Below, one piece after another: positions 46,976-59,814 of a stretch of 64,000 bases of DNA. The notes under the pieces were generated by a model, which worked only from the letters and a program-made list of their open reading frames with translations, made no database searches and was not told the origin of the DNA. The first letter of the stretch is position 1; each line of letters begins with the position of its first letter. Source of the stretch: the human T2T-CHM13v2.0 reference genome, Homo sapiens; assembly GCF_009914755.1 (NCBI RefSeq), contig NC_060935.1. One strand, given 5' to 3'. Both the position numbers and the translations under genes were made by a program.

Positions 46976-48989
46976 TATAATCCTGCAATATGTACTTTCA
47001 TCCACAATGTTTTTTTTTCTCTCTCCTTTCTGGGTAATTTCTTAATTCACATCAAAAGGAATGCATGTTTTTATGGTTTCTTTTTTAATATTTGGGATTA
47101 TTAATGAAACGAGTTTTTCCGAGGCCACGGTCTTTTGAGTTGTTTTGGTCAGATTCTCTCACTCCTTTTCCATTTTTTAGGGTAAAAAGCTATATTGTTA
47201 GTGGAGGCATTGGTTGATTTTGGGGGTCTAGTTTTCATTTGGTTTTAAAATTTTTTGGCTGAGAATAGCTATCAAAGATATGGGTTTCTGGTTCCCTATT
47301 TTTCACCTATCTATCCTGTCATGTCGTCAAAGTGTTTCTTATTATCTCTTCCTCACTCTCCCTTCCAAAGGTAAGCAGACAGAGTCAAGTACTTCTAATT
47401 ACCTACAAAGCTGATTGAAGTCTGAAGTCACTCTCAACAGCAAGCATGAGTGATGTTTTGGATATCCCACTGATTCTTGACAGAAGGGTTTTAAGTCTAT
47501 ACAATTCCATGTTTTTTAGTAACATTCTTGTCAGCCTTTTAAAATTCACATTGTTGTTTCAAATATGTGACTATGAACTTCTTGAAGTATTTCCATGGCG
47601 TTACTTGTTTATACCAATTCCATTAATTTAACTAGCATGTTGAAAGGCAACACTGATATGTGTCATAATTATCTTTTATTATAATTTGAACTATTCTCTT
47701 TTTATTACCAAGTTGAAAGTTGAAAGTTTAATAAATTAAGGAGGCAATGTAATTTTGGAAATAGCAGTGGCTAGGAGTTGAGACATCTGAGCTTTATCAC
47801 TGGCTCTACAATATGATTCAGAATGGTTGATAGATACATTTTCTTTACTACAATAAGAAATTTAAAAAGAGCTGGATCAGGTGGGTTTAATTTTCCTTCT
47901 AGTTTGGATCATCAAGTAAATATTCTTCACATTGAGATCAGTAGTAAAGATTACTGTAAATAGAATGTTGGAACATACTGACTATAGCTGCACAGTTGGT
48001 TTCAGCAAAGATCATATGAAATGTTACAGATAACAAAGGTTCGTATGAGACCCTTCATCTCATGGCCTTAATCTTGACACCCAGATAGGAGTTACAGGGC
48101 TATCAATCTCTTTCTGCAGCTGCTGGAGCTATTTCCAATGCTAATGTTGGTTCCATTTATAGGAAATCTTCCTCCTGTTTTATCTCTGACAACTTCAACA
48201 TATTCATTGAAAAAAAAGGGTGAGTGAAGACGAGAAAAAAAGAAGCTATAGTTTACGGGAAAGAGAAAGATTTTTTCTTTGTGTTAGAAATAGGTAATTT
48301 GAACATAGTAATTAATTTTTTGAAGATTAAATAAACTGAGTTCCAACGTCCTGAGCACTTAGACTCTTCAAAACATAAATTTTTGACTCCAATGTATTTT
48401 TGGTTTTCATTCTCTATCTTGAAGACTAATGGGATTATTGTCCACATGCGTTGTTTCTGAATAAAGTGTCTGCTGCTACCTGGAATTCATGCACAGGAAG
48501 CATAGCTGATGTGGAAAAAGTATTGCAAGATGACAGAATTCACTATTCTAAATGTGTCCCCAAGGGATTTTAGAGGTGCTAATATTACACACTGCATAAC
48601 CCTCTCTGCTAGGTGCCTGCATAATCACAGCATTGGAATTGACGTATTTGTCATAGACAATCACATTGGAAACTTTCTGAAGCTATAAATAATGGCTAGG
48701 GCACCTATAATATTTTCTAGATGCAGAGACATGGCACTTAATCTTGATGTAATCTGCACAGGGTAAAGCCCAGGGGCATTCATATTGAGTGCTCATGCTT
48801 GGGTTATTGCATGACACCCAAAGTTCCCAATTCAACAAGCTTCTTTGCGCTAGATGAAAACTTACGAGTGTATCTGGTCCAGATCCACAGCCTTAGGCAA
48901 GTAGTCCTGGTGAGATGATAATGTTTATTTCTTTAAAAGATTTCCTGAGATAAACTCTTCATCTATTAAACAAATATTTATTATTAATA

Positions 48990-49145
48990 ATGAACACTTA
49001 TTGGCCACATACTCTACATGCCAGATACTGTTCCAAAGACATTATATGCATAATTTTAATTAATCCTTACAACATCTCTATTAGAAAGGTATTATTTTTG
49101 ATCATTATTTTATAGATGGGGAAAACTGTGCCACGAGACATTAAG
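48990..49145 (-). mobile_element. MIR SINE
   Basis: 'tgccagatactgttccaaagacattatatgc...taatccttacaac...attttatagatggggaaaactg'. Confidence 0.75.
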
Positions 49146-49189
49146 GGCCAGCGTTAACTAATATGCCACAAAAGGCAATACATTTTGAT

Positions 49190-49475
49190 AGTTGAAAGTG
49201 TGGTTTTTGAGACCAATTTAAAAAATAATGAAGTCCCAGATCTTCTCTTTATTAGATCTGTGACATTAGATAAACTATGCAAACTCTCTCTGCCTCGGTG
49301 TTCTCATTGGTAAAATGGGGCTAATAATTATAGCTACTCAAGGGTCATGAGCATTACATGAATCAGGGTAAAGCTATTAGAATAGTGTCTGTCTCAATTG
49401 CTTCTTTGCCTTTTGGCTAAGACCAAATATAGAATAGTGTCTGTCTCATATGCTCAGCAAGTGCTAATGCTACAT
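49190..49475 (+). mobile_element. MIR SINE (host of the U2 retrocopy)
   Basis: 'tgtgacattagataaactatgcaaactctctctgcctcggtgttctcattggtaaaatggggctaataat'. Confidence 0.75.
49397..49432 (+). pseudogene. Tailless U2 snRNA retropseudogene (U2 nt 1-36)
   Basis: attgcttctttgccttttggctaagaccaaatatag versus U2 ATCGCTTCTCGGCCTTTTGGCTAAGATCAAGTGTAG (30/36 by eye); 19-bp TSD tagaatagtgtctgtctca at 49378-49396 and 49430-49448. Confidence 0.92.
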
Positions 49476-50406
49476 TATTCTGTCTCCTATGTTGAGAATG
49501 TTCTATGTTCAATCAGTGTACTGAAATGAGAAACTTTTATGTCTGTCACCTCTATTAGGCTGTGTGCTCCTAAATTATAGAGACATAGTTTAACTCATAC
49601 CAAGCACCCAGCCAGATCAATGTTACATATAATTTCACTGAATTAATACATGAATAAAGCATGATGCTTATTTTTGAGGCTGTCATGGTACAGTACAGGA
49701 ATCATATCCTCACAATCACTAGAATACAAAGCAGTGTATGTAACATGCCTCATGCCCTTTCCTGGTACCTATAGCATTTCTTGAAATAATTTTATAGCAT
49801 TTGTATTAGATCATAATGTTTCTCCTTACAGCTCCTTTTTTCTTATTAACCTGAGACTTTCTAAGCTGTTCTGGGGCAGTACTCTAGTTATTCCATCATC
49901 TTTGAAACAGCAGTGGCTGGCTTAATACCAGTGTATATGTTGTAAGTTACTGTGCATGCACACACCATGAGTGCATATAAGCAAGGTGAAAGGGTAGCCT
50001 CAACATTGTTATGGCAGCTGTTGTGCAAGAGATAAAGGACCCTGATTTGCTCCTTACTTACTGCTTGGCATTGTGCAAAGCACTTGGCATAAGTTGTTGC
50101 AATGTCAAATAGAGCCATAACACCCTCCAATCTCCCTCCCTGTATCTCCTTTATAACACTAATCCTTAACAGAAGCTATGTTAACCATTGTATAACTTTT
50201 ACATGGGCTTTTCCAGGACAAATCATAAACTAAATTCTTAGGTATATAATATTGCAATCTGCATTGAAAGGAGTCTAGTATATATGCCCACTAAGGCAAC
50301 TGACTTCAGGAATCTTTACTGCTGCAAGAAAGAGAAAGGGATGTAGTTGAGTAAAGGTTAGAGTTCTTCTGCTGGGTCATCTGTTTTGCGGGGTTTTGTA
50401 CATCCC

Positions 50407-50768
50407 TGCATTAGTCTGCTTGGGTTGCTGTAACAAAATATCACAGACTGGGTGTCTTAAAGAAGCAGACATTGATTTCTCACGGTTCTGGGGGTTGGGA
50501 AGTCCATAATTAAGGTATTGGCAAGTTTGATTCCTGATCCTGCTACCTGGCTTGCAGATAGATGCCTTCTCTTCATGTCCTCACATGACAGAGAGAATCT
50601 TGTCTTTTTCTTCTTTTAAAAACATAAATCCCATCATAGGAGCCCAATCCTAATGAACTTCTCTAAACCTAATTACTTCCAAAAGGCCCTACCTTCAAAT
50701 ACTATCACATTAAGGGTTAGGGCTTCAGCATATGAATTTAGAGAAGACACAACATTCATTTCATAGTA
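50407..50768 (-). mobile_element. MaLR solo LTR, MLT1A0-like
   Basis: 'tgcattagtctgcttgggttgctgtaacaaaatatcacagactggg...ggcttcagcatatgaatttagagaagacacaacattcatttcatagta'; TSD atccc/atcct. Confidence 0.88.
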
Positions 50769-51422
50769 ATCCTTCTTTAAAAACCAGCAAACCATCACAA
50801 ACTTGCGTTCTTATAGAAATCACCCCTCTTCTTTGCAAAATTAGAAATATAGTGCCATGATATATTGCTAAAATAAAGGGAGAGGTCACAAAGACATTTA
50901 CATTTGAAATAGCACAATATAACATAGAGAATACTCCTACACGATAGGTTTTCTATCACTTACTCCTCTGTAGTATGCAATCTGTGTTTTGAATATGTTT
51001 CTTTGCAACTGCAGTTGGTGGAAACCTTCAATTTGCGATCAGGGAGGTTAAAAGAGTTGTCATTTTGACAACTGACAATCCAATCAGAGAAACTAAAAAT
51101 ACTATTTTGTTATTTTATCAAAGGCAAAACTCTCCTGCAGAAGGGTATGAGTGTGAATCCATTTTAAAATATAGTGTCCTATAGTTAAGAAATATCTATT
51201 GAAAATTAAACATGTAATTGGTTCTTATAAATGGTTCTGTTTTCCAAGACTTCTAATAAAAGAACTGGCTTTTCTTAGGAAGTCAGAATACCTGGCAAAG
51301 GACAAAGGCAGAGAGGTCACCAAAGTGGATACCAATGTATACTCTGAGGATCCCAAAAAGTGATTTGAGGAAGGAAGTGTTTCAGATATAAATTTCTCTA
51401 TTTTTAAATAATTTTTTAAATA

Positions 51423-53010
51423 CAGGCATAGCTCAGAGATATTGCTGGTTTGGTTTCAGACCACTGCAATAAAGTGAGTATTGCAGTAAAGGCAGTCACA
51501 CATATTTTTTGGTTCCCAGTACATATAAAAGTTATGTTTACCCTATATTGTAGTCTATAACATGTACAACTGGATTATGTCTAAACAATGTGCAGAACTT
51601 AATTACAATACTTTGTTGCTAAAAAATGCTAATGATCATCTCAGCCTTCAGTGAGTCATCATCTCTGCTGGTGGAGGATCTTGCTTCCACGTTAATAGCT
51701 GCCAACTGATTAGGGTGGTGGTTGCTGAAGTTTGGAATAACTGTGGCAATTTCTTAAAATAAGATAACAATGAAATTTGCTGCATGCTTTGATTCTTTTA
51801 CAAAATATTTCTCTGTAGCATATGATGCAGTTTGATAGCATTTTATTCACAGTAGATGTTCTTTCAAAATTGAAGCCAATCCCCTCAAATACCTGCTACT
51901 GCTTTATCAACTAAATTTATGTAATATTCTAAATCTTTTGTTGTCATTTCAATAATGATGACAGCATCTTCGCCATGAGTAGATTCTATCTCAGTAAACC
52001 CCTTTCTTTGCTCATCCATAAGAAGCAACTCCTCATCAATTCAAGTTTGATCATGAGATTGCAGCAATTCAGTAATATCTTAAGGATGTACTTCTAATTC
52101 TAGTTCTGTTGCTATTTCCACCACATCTGCAGTTACTTTCTCCATTGAAGTCTTGAACCTCTCAAAGTCATCCATAAGGGTTGAAATAAACTTACAAAAC
52201 TCATGTTAATGTTGACATTTGGATCTCCTTTCATAAGTTACAAATATTATTAATGGCATCTAGAATGGTAAATTCTTTCCAGAGGTTTTCAACTCACCTT
52301 GTCCGGATCCATCAGAGGAATAACTATCTACGGCAGCTGCAACATTACACAATATTCTTATTAAATCATAAAACTTGAAGTCAAAATTACTCCTGATTTA
52401 TGGGCTGCAAAATGGATATTGTGTTAGCAGACATGAAAAAACATGAAAAAAACATCTGCAGATAACCTGTAGCAGATTCTATATCAGCACTTACTGCTTC
52501 ACCTTTGATTTTATGGAGATGGCTTATTTCCTGAAGCCTAAGGAACCAACCTCTGCTAGCTTCAAACTTTTCTCCTGCAGCTTCTGTACCTCTCTCAGTC
52601 TTTATATTATTTAAGAAAGTACGGGCTTTGCCCATGATTAAGTTTTGGCTTAAGGGAATATTTTGGCTGGTTTGATCTTTTATCCAGACCACTAAAATTT
52701 CTTCATATCAATTAAGTTTGCCATCTTACGTGGGAACAGTTTGTGGTGCCCCCAAACAATTGTACTAGGAACATCAAAGATCACTAATTACAGATCACCA
52801 TGACAGATATGATCATAATGAAAAAGTCTGAAACAGTGCAAGAATTGCCAACAAGTGTGACACAGAGAGAGGAAATGAGCACATGGTGTTGGAAGAAAAT
52901 GGCCCCAGTAGATTTGCTTAGTGCAGAGTTGACACAAAGTATCAATTTGTAAAAAACATAACATATGCAAAGCACAATAAAGTGAGGCATAATAAAATGA
53001 GGTAAGTCCT
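51423..53010 (-). mobile_element. Tigger1 DNA transposon, internally deleted, both ends present
   Basis: Left end TA|caggcatagctcagagatattgc; right end aataaaatgaggtaagtcct|TA; ORF 52387..52692 is a transposase remnant (FEASRGWF, ANTISILQP). Confidence 0.92.
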
Positions 53011-53764
53011 TACTAAAGAGATTCTCTTCAAAGCTTATTTTTGTCTTAGGAGCCTCAAATTATAGGGTATCAGGTCTTTGTTCCATTCTTTCCTCCACCT
53101 TCTTTTCTCTCTTGCATGCTTATAGTTGTTAATTTATACTGCAAAGCTATCACTCTTTTATCTGCTTTGGTTTAGGGTTAGTTTTTATGTCCATTTCACA
53201 TTATGTATTATTAACTTATTGAAGCTAGACACCTGTCTTTATTGTATGTCTTCCATAGCACTTAGCACAGCGTATCGTAGATATGAGGAAGCTTGTTAAA
53301 TTGAATTACATTGATAGTGATCACAAGGTTTGGGAAATACGATGCTTTAGAAAAGATTAAAAGAACACAGATTGTTTATCTTAAACAAAGGATCTAATGC
53401 TATTCTAAGAGTCTACAAATCAATAATGTTTTTATATCTCTTGAGAGAGAAATGAGAGGTGGTAGTAGAATGGGGTGGTTACCAACTGTTTCCAGAGATT
53501 TCTTTCTGGTTTATTGCTGAATGCCCAAGAATGTACCTCTTTTCTGTGCTTTCTGTTTATATGAGCCAGTTTTTTTGGGGACAGTCATACTTTATTGGTT
53601 CCACAGGCTTCAAGGAATTCTATCCTAACTTCAATCTGTACATATAATTGAGGAGCTATTATTTTGCATATAGAATCATTTATAACATATGGTTGTTCTG
53701 CTTTTCCAGCCACATTATGAGCTTAACTTTTTTACTAATTTTTACTGAAACATATACAATATGT

Positions 53765-54470
53765 TATCGGTATTTTTCTACAAATATTTATTGAGCACTC
53801 ACTATGGGTCAGGACATCAGTGATATGTCAGAAATCTAATAATGAATAAAATACAGACCCTGCCCCTGAAAGGATAGTAATCTGGTAGAGGAGCATCAAA
53901 GTAAAAGAAAATTATATTAAAATATAATATCTGATGTATAGAACTAGGTCCATTAGGTTCTGTGGGAGCACATAGATGGGAAGAAACTGATTTGTCTAGG
54001 CCAGCACTGTTCAATAAAATTACAATGTGAGTTATATATGTAATTCAAAATTTTCTAATAGTGATATCAAAAGGAAAGAAGTCGGTGAGTACATTTCATA
54101 ATACTTTTATTTAATCCAATATATCCAAAATATCCTTTCAACTTGTAATTAATATAAATATTAATGAGCTAGTTTATATTCTTTTCTTTTATTTTTTTGA
54201 GCTAAGGCTTTGAAATCTGGGATGCATTCTGTACTTCCAGTCCACCTTAGTTTGGATTAGCCACACTTCAAGTGCTCAATAATAACGTGTGCATAGCAGT
54301 TATTCAGCTAACACAGATCCAGGAATTTAAAGAGGGAATTTAATAATGAGTTGGGTCTTGGTGGTTGAAAAGGAATTCCTAGACGTAAGAGACAAAATAT
54401 GATATTCATTCCAGGGCAACAGGATATACAAAGGCACAGAGATATCCAAGTGTGTTGACAGAAGTTCCAT
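53765..54470 (-). mobile_element. L2 fragment interrupted by MER33
   Basis: 'caaatatttattgagcactcactatgggtcaggac...gaccctgcccctgaaagg'; resumes after 54320 ('cattccagggcaac...caaaggcacagag'). Confidence 0.7.
54002..54316. mobile_element. MER33 hAT-Charlie element
   Basis: 'cagcactgttcaataaaattacaatgtgag...tttaatccaatatatccaaaatatc...ggattagccacacttcaagtgctcaata'. Confidence 0.8.
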
Positions 54471-54609
54471 ATGTGTAGGCATGGCAGAAAATTGACCCAG
54501 AAAACAAGGTTGATGTTGAATTCTAACAATTATCCTTAAAGACCTAATGAAAGTAGGTTTAATAGCTAAGAGAGTGTTGTAGTATTATTACAATATCTTT
54601 GCTTTATGT

Positions 54610-54825
54610 AATATTTATAGAGTGCTTATTATGTGTCCAGTAGTGTCCTAAGCACTTTTTATATGTTAGCTTGTTTAATCTTTGAAACAACCCTATGAAG
54701 TTGGTATTATTATTATCTACCCCATTTTATAGATGAGAAAACTAAAACATAAGGAGGTCAAATAATCTGCCCAGGGGCACACAACTAATAAGTGGAGAAA
54801 CAGAATTTGACTCCTAAATCTGTGT
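54610..54825 (-). mobile_element. MIR SINE
   Basis: 'aacaaccctatgaagttggtattatt...cccattttatagatgagaaaact...gtcaaataatctgcccaggggcacacaacta'. Confidence 0.85.
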
Positions 54826-55177
54826 TATGTTGGCTTTATAAGTCACTGCCACCACTATAGCATATAGACACAGTGATGAATTTAATGTTCTGCGTAGATC
54901 AGTAAAGGCAAAATAATTAAGAACTATCAAAGTTGTAAAATGAGCTAATGAGGCAAATTTGTTTTCCTAAAAGTAAAAACTGATTGAAGACTAAATAAAA
55001 TTCAAAGTTGTAAAAACAAATGTGATAAACAGTTCATTACATTTTAGGAATGTAGTGTGTGCCACATGAATAGTCCCTAATGTTTATTAATAAATAAGAT
55101 GAATGAATTTGAAAAGTTCATTTTACTCCAGGTAGTTTCTATCAATTCCCTGAAAATATAATTCAAAAACTGCATTT

Positions 55178-55474
55178 GGCCAGGCACTGTGGTTCACGCC
55201 TGTAATCCCAGCACTTTGGGAGACTGAGGCAGGCGGGTCACCTGAGGTCAGGAGTTCGAGACCAGACTGACCCACATGGAGAAACCCTGTCTCTACTAAA
55301 AATACAAAATAAGCTGGGCGTGATGGTGCATACCTGTAATCCCAGCTACTCGGAAGGCTGAGGCAGGAGAATCACTTGAACCCGGGAGGCAGAGGTTGCG
55401 GTGAACCGAGATCCGCCATTGCCCTCCAGCCTGGGCAATAAGAGCGAAACTCGGTCTCAAAAAAAAAAAAAAAA
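55178..55474 (+). mobile_element. Full-length AluS (AluSp-like)
   Basis: Dimeric Alu with 'ctgacccacatggagaaacc' and 'aagagcgaaactc', A tail, and gcattt repeated on both flanks. Confidence 0.95.
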
Positions 55475-55479
55475 GCATT

Positions 55480-56440
55480 TCTGTTGTGTTTATAAGAGAC
55501 ACGTTTACTATATAAACAGCTTGTAAATAAAAGGATGAAAAAGTTATACGGTGAAACACGAACCAAAAGAAACTAGTGTTGCTGTATTAATATTAGAAAA
55601 AAATAGACTTTATGGCAAAAACACTACCAGAGATAAAGAGGAACATTTAATAATGATCACTAATTAAGTTCACCATGAAAGTATAATTTTCTAAAGCTTT
55701 ATTTATCTAATTGCATAGCCTAGAAATTTATGAAATAAAAATTTATAGACTAAAAAGACGATAGAAAAACATAATCGTTGTGGGTGAATTTAACCACCTT
55801 TCTCAGGAACTTACTGAACATGTAGACATATCAAAATATTGAAAACTTGACCATTACATTGAAACAATCTCAATGTAATTGACTTGTATGCAACTTTGCA
55901 CCCTCAATTGTAGACCACTCATTAAATACACATAGAAGTTTTGTGAAATTAATTATATCTTGGGTCAGAAAGCAGACTCAATATAATGCAAATGATTTAA
56001 ATTATATTTGCTAACCATAGAGCATTTAAGCTAAAAATTAATAGCAAAAGGATATTTTTAAATACCCATATGTTTAGAAACAAGTAAACAAACTTATAAA
56101 TAACACATACCTCAGGGAGGAAGTGATAAATTTAGCAATATCAAACTATTTTGAATTGAATCTATAAAATATTCAATATATCAAAACTTCTGGAATGTAG
56201 CTAAAGTGTGTATATAGTGGAATTTATATTACTATTTGTATATTTTAGAAAAAGAAAAGTTTAAAAATTCATAAGCTAGACATTCATCTCAACTAAAACA
56301 GTAACAGCAAATTGAATGTAAAGTAGAAGAAAATAGTAAAGAGTAAAATGAATAAAAATGAAAAAAGTATAATAAAAATGATACAAATACTGATGATAAG
56401 ATCAATAAAATCGACAAACATCTGTTGAGACAGACACTCC
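55480..56440 (+). mobile_element. Old L1M ORF2 5' fragment
   Basis: 'ctgtattaatattagaaaaaaatagactttatggcaaaa...agagataaagaggaacatttaataatga...caaaacttctggaatgtagctaaag'. Confidence 0.75.
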
Positions 56441-57479
56441 ACATTAAAACTTCATGAATAGTAGAACAGTGCTTTGATCTCTGTGTGTGTGTGTTTCTGA
56501 AATAGATAACATTAATTTTCAAAGCTGAACTTTCTTTGCATCATAAACGCGAAAAAAATGCTCAAATTAAGTCATGAAAAATAATTAACACCTTTTTTTA
56601 TTTCCTGTCATTAAATAAATTATGCACATATTTAATGTATCACACATTCCTAGAATACTGCTATTGTTTCTTCTGTTTCCGCACTCCTGCCTCTTTTGTA
56701 GCTTCCCTTAGGTCTGAGAGTAACATAGTAAAAGCAGAGAAAAGTTTAGCTCAAAGAATCTTAGGAAACTTAACAAGCTTTATGATATTTTCTAGTCTTA
56801 AGAGAGCTTGAGATCTAATACCTCAAATACAGCCAAAAAGTGAAACCCTTTATCAAGTAGCAATATTTTCATGGTCTTTTTTCTGTTCAGCCCTCTCCTG
56901 TTACAAAACCAATCTATAAACCATAATCAGCAATGGGTGTGTTTCCATCCTAATTTGAAGGTATTTTTCTTTAGCAATCCCGGGTAATATCTTATTTTTG
57001 AATGTTGACATGTTTTAATACATTTGGCTCAGCTATTAGTAATTGAAAACACTTCTTTGGTTTTATATACCTTAACACTGGACACAAAAGACATACTTAG
57101 ATTCACACATATCATCTGCTTTGGCTTACATCCACACATCATAGATAACACAGACACAACATTTAGATAAATCCAACGTGAAATTCAAGAAGGTTAAAAG
57201 ACAGTCTCAGCTATAAGAGGAAGGCTTAAACAATCAACTCCAGATATTCCCTAATCACAAAAAGAGACTAAAAATAGTTTAAGATAAAGAGAATGTCATC
57301 AGATAGCACAAATCATAGATAAGAAACTGCAGTCTGTTGGAGTTTAAAAGCACTTTTGAGGGGGAAGATAAGGAAGAGGAACATAGGCCAATTCAAGGAG
57401 AAAATGTCTACCAAGGCCAACTTTGACCTTGAGAATGCTTAGTACTTATTATATTTTAATCATTTTTGGAATATTATAA

Positions 57480-58930
57480 TAATGTTAAATCTTGAAATTT
57501 TATAGAAGAGCAAAAGAATTGTCAAGATACATCTGAAAAAAATTAACTTTAGGAGCTTAGCTATGTAGATTTATTTTAAAGGTAAACTAAGACAATGAAG
57601 TATTATAAGCACGGATGTATGAGATAAAAGATCAGAATAGTGATCCTAGAACAATAAATCTAACCTAGGTATGACAAATGTGGAGAAAGATATTTCCTTA
57701 ATAAATGGTATCAGGGCAATTGATTATATTAAATTACATCAAAAGATATCAATTCCACACAGATAAAAGACTTAAATAGGAATATCAAGACAATGTAAAT
57801 TGTAGAAAATAGCAAAGGAAAATTTCTTTATGATATCATGGTAGGAAAGTATTTTTAATAAAACACAAGCAGCACAAACTATAAACGAAAAATTCGATAA
57901 ATTAACATGAAAAAGAGTATTTTCTTTTAATCAAAAGACAGTATTGAAAGAGTGATAAGACAAGCCAAAATTTGAAGAAGAAATTTTTAATGCATGTAAC
58001 TAACAGATAGTAGCATCTAATATATATGTATATATAGTATACTTATCCACAGTTAAAATAATATATGCATATATACATATGTATTTTTTCTATTAATGAT
58101 AAATAAGAACCAAAAAACCCAATAAAAATAGGTCAAAATTAGGAACAGATATTCCATTATCAGATGTCCAATAAACAAATATAAATATTCTTAGCCTCTT
58201 AGTAATTTGGGAAATCACAATGAAATGCCATTTTATACATACCTTACTGGCAAAATTAAGAAGGCTGAGTCTAATAATGTTGGCAAAACTTAGTGAATTT
58301 CCTATAACTTTCCAAAGCCTTTTGGAACAAAATTTGCTATCATGTAATAAAATTAAAAGTATTCCCAGCATAGGATGTCATAATTCCATTCACAAGCATG
58401 TCTTAATAGAAATTTTTGCACATATGCTCCAAGAAATGCAAAATAAATTTCACAATAACTTTGGTAAGGAAAAAAAGTATGATAGAGAAAAATACCCATT
58501 GATAGGAGATTGGATTAAAAAATTGGGGTAAAATTATACAATGGAATACGACTAAGTAGTACACAAAAATTGACTGCTATACTTACTAAAAATCAAGTAC
58601 CTCAGAAACAATATATCAAAATAAAGCCACTTGCAAAATAATATAGTGAGTAGGATAAAATTTACAATGTGCAGATAGAGAAAGCAATACATTAATCATA
58701 TACACATTTATAGCAATGTATCTCTTAAAACAATCATGTGAATGAGAAACAGAACATTCAGGACAGCAGTTTCTTCTGTTAAGAGAAAAGAAATTCTACT
58801 GGCAATGGCACACAGTGGTTTTCAAGACTATTAGTACATTTTGGTTTCTTATACTGGTTAGTGAGTTGTTAAATTTGTTATTATTGTTTATTGTTGAGAA
58901 ACGTATTTTACATTTTTTTTAACATATGAA
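57480..58930 (+). mobile_element. Old L1ME ORF2 3' region and 3' UTR
   Basis: 'gataaaagacttaaat...aagcagcacaaactataaacg...gaaatcacaatgaaatgccatttt...tacaatggaatac'. Confidence 0.7.
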
Positions 58931-59428
58931 ATTTCTTAAACGTTTAAAAAGATTAAACGGGAGAGGAAGCAGTGTGGTCGATTTGAGAGCAGATATGCAA
59001 CATTAAGCAGTGATCATTTGTGTCTAACAAAGCAAAAAAAAACTATAATTTTTCAAACTATGTTCTCTTAGATAGTATGGAGCCACCACTAGCCAACATG
59101 GCTGCCAACATGGTGCCTTTGTATCAGTTAGGAATTCGTACCCCATTCTATGAGGGAGATATAGCACCAAGCATGGGTACAAAGCTTGGCTGACTTTTCA
59201 CCTCCGTTTGCCCTTGTAACCAGGCATCATTGTTCAGGTTCAAAGTGTAGAGTTGGATGTGGTTGCCAGGGTAGAATGCTAAGAATCATAGCTTTATTTT
59301 CTGTATGTTTGGATGAAGGCCATAGACAGTGGCACAAGGAAACAATATGATCCTACGTAGACGACTGTGAGGCAAGCGGAGCTCGGGAAACACTAAAGTC
59401 TGGCAGATCCTGGGTGACACCAGCCTGA

Positions 59429-59737
<309 letters not shown>

Positions 59738-59814
59738 TGACTTATAAGTTGTTCTGTGTAAGTTTTTAGTTAAGTACATTGTTTTTATCCCATAATATTA
59801 ATCTTTTTTGCTAA

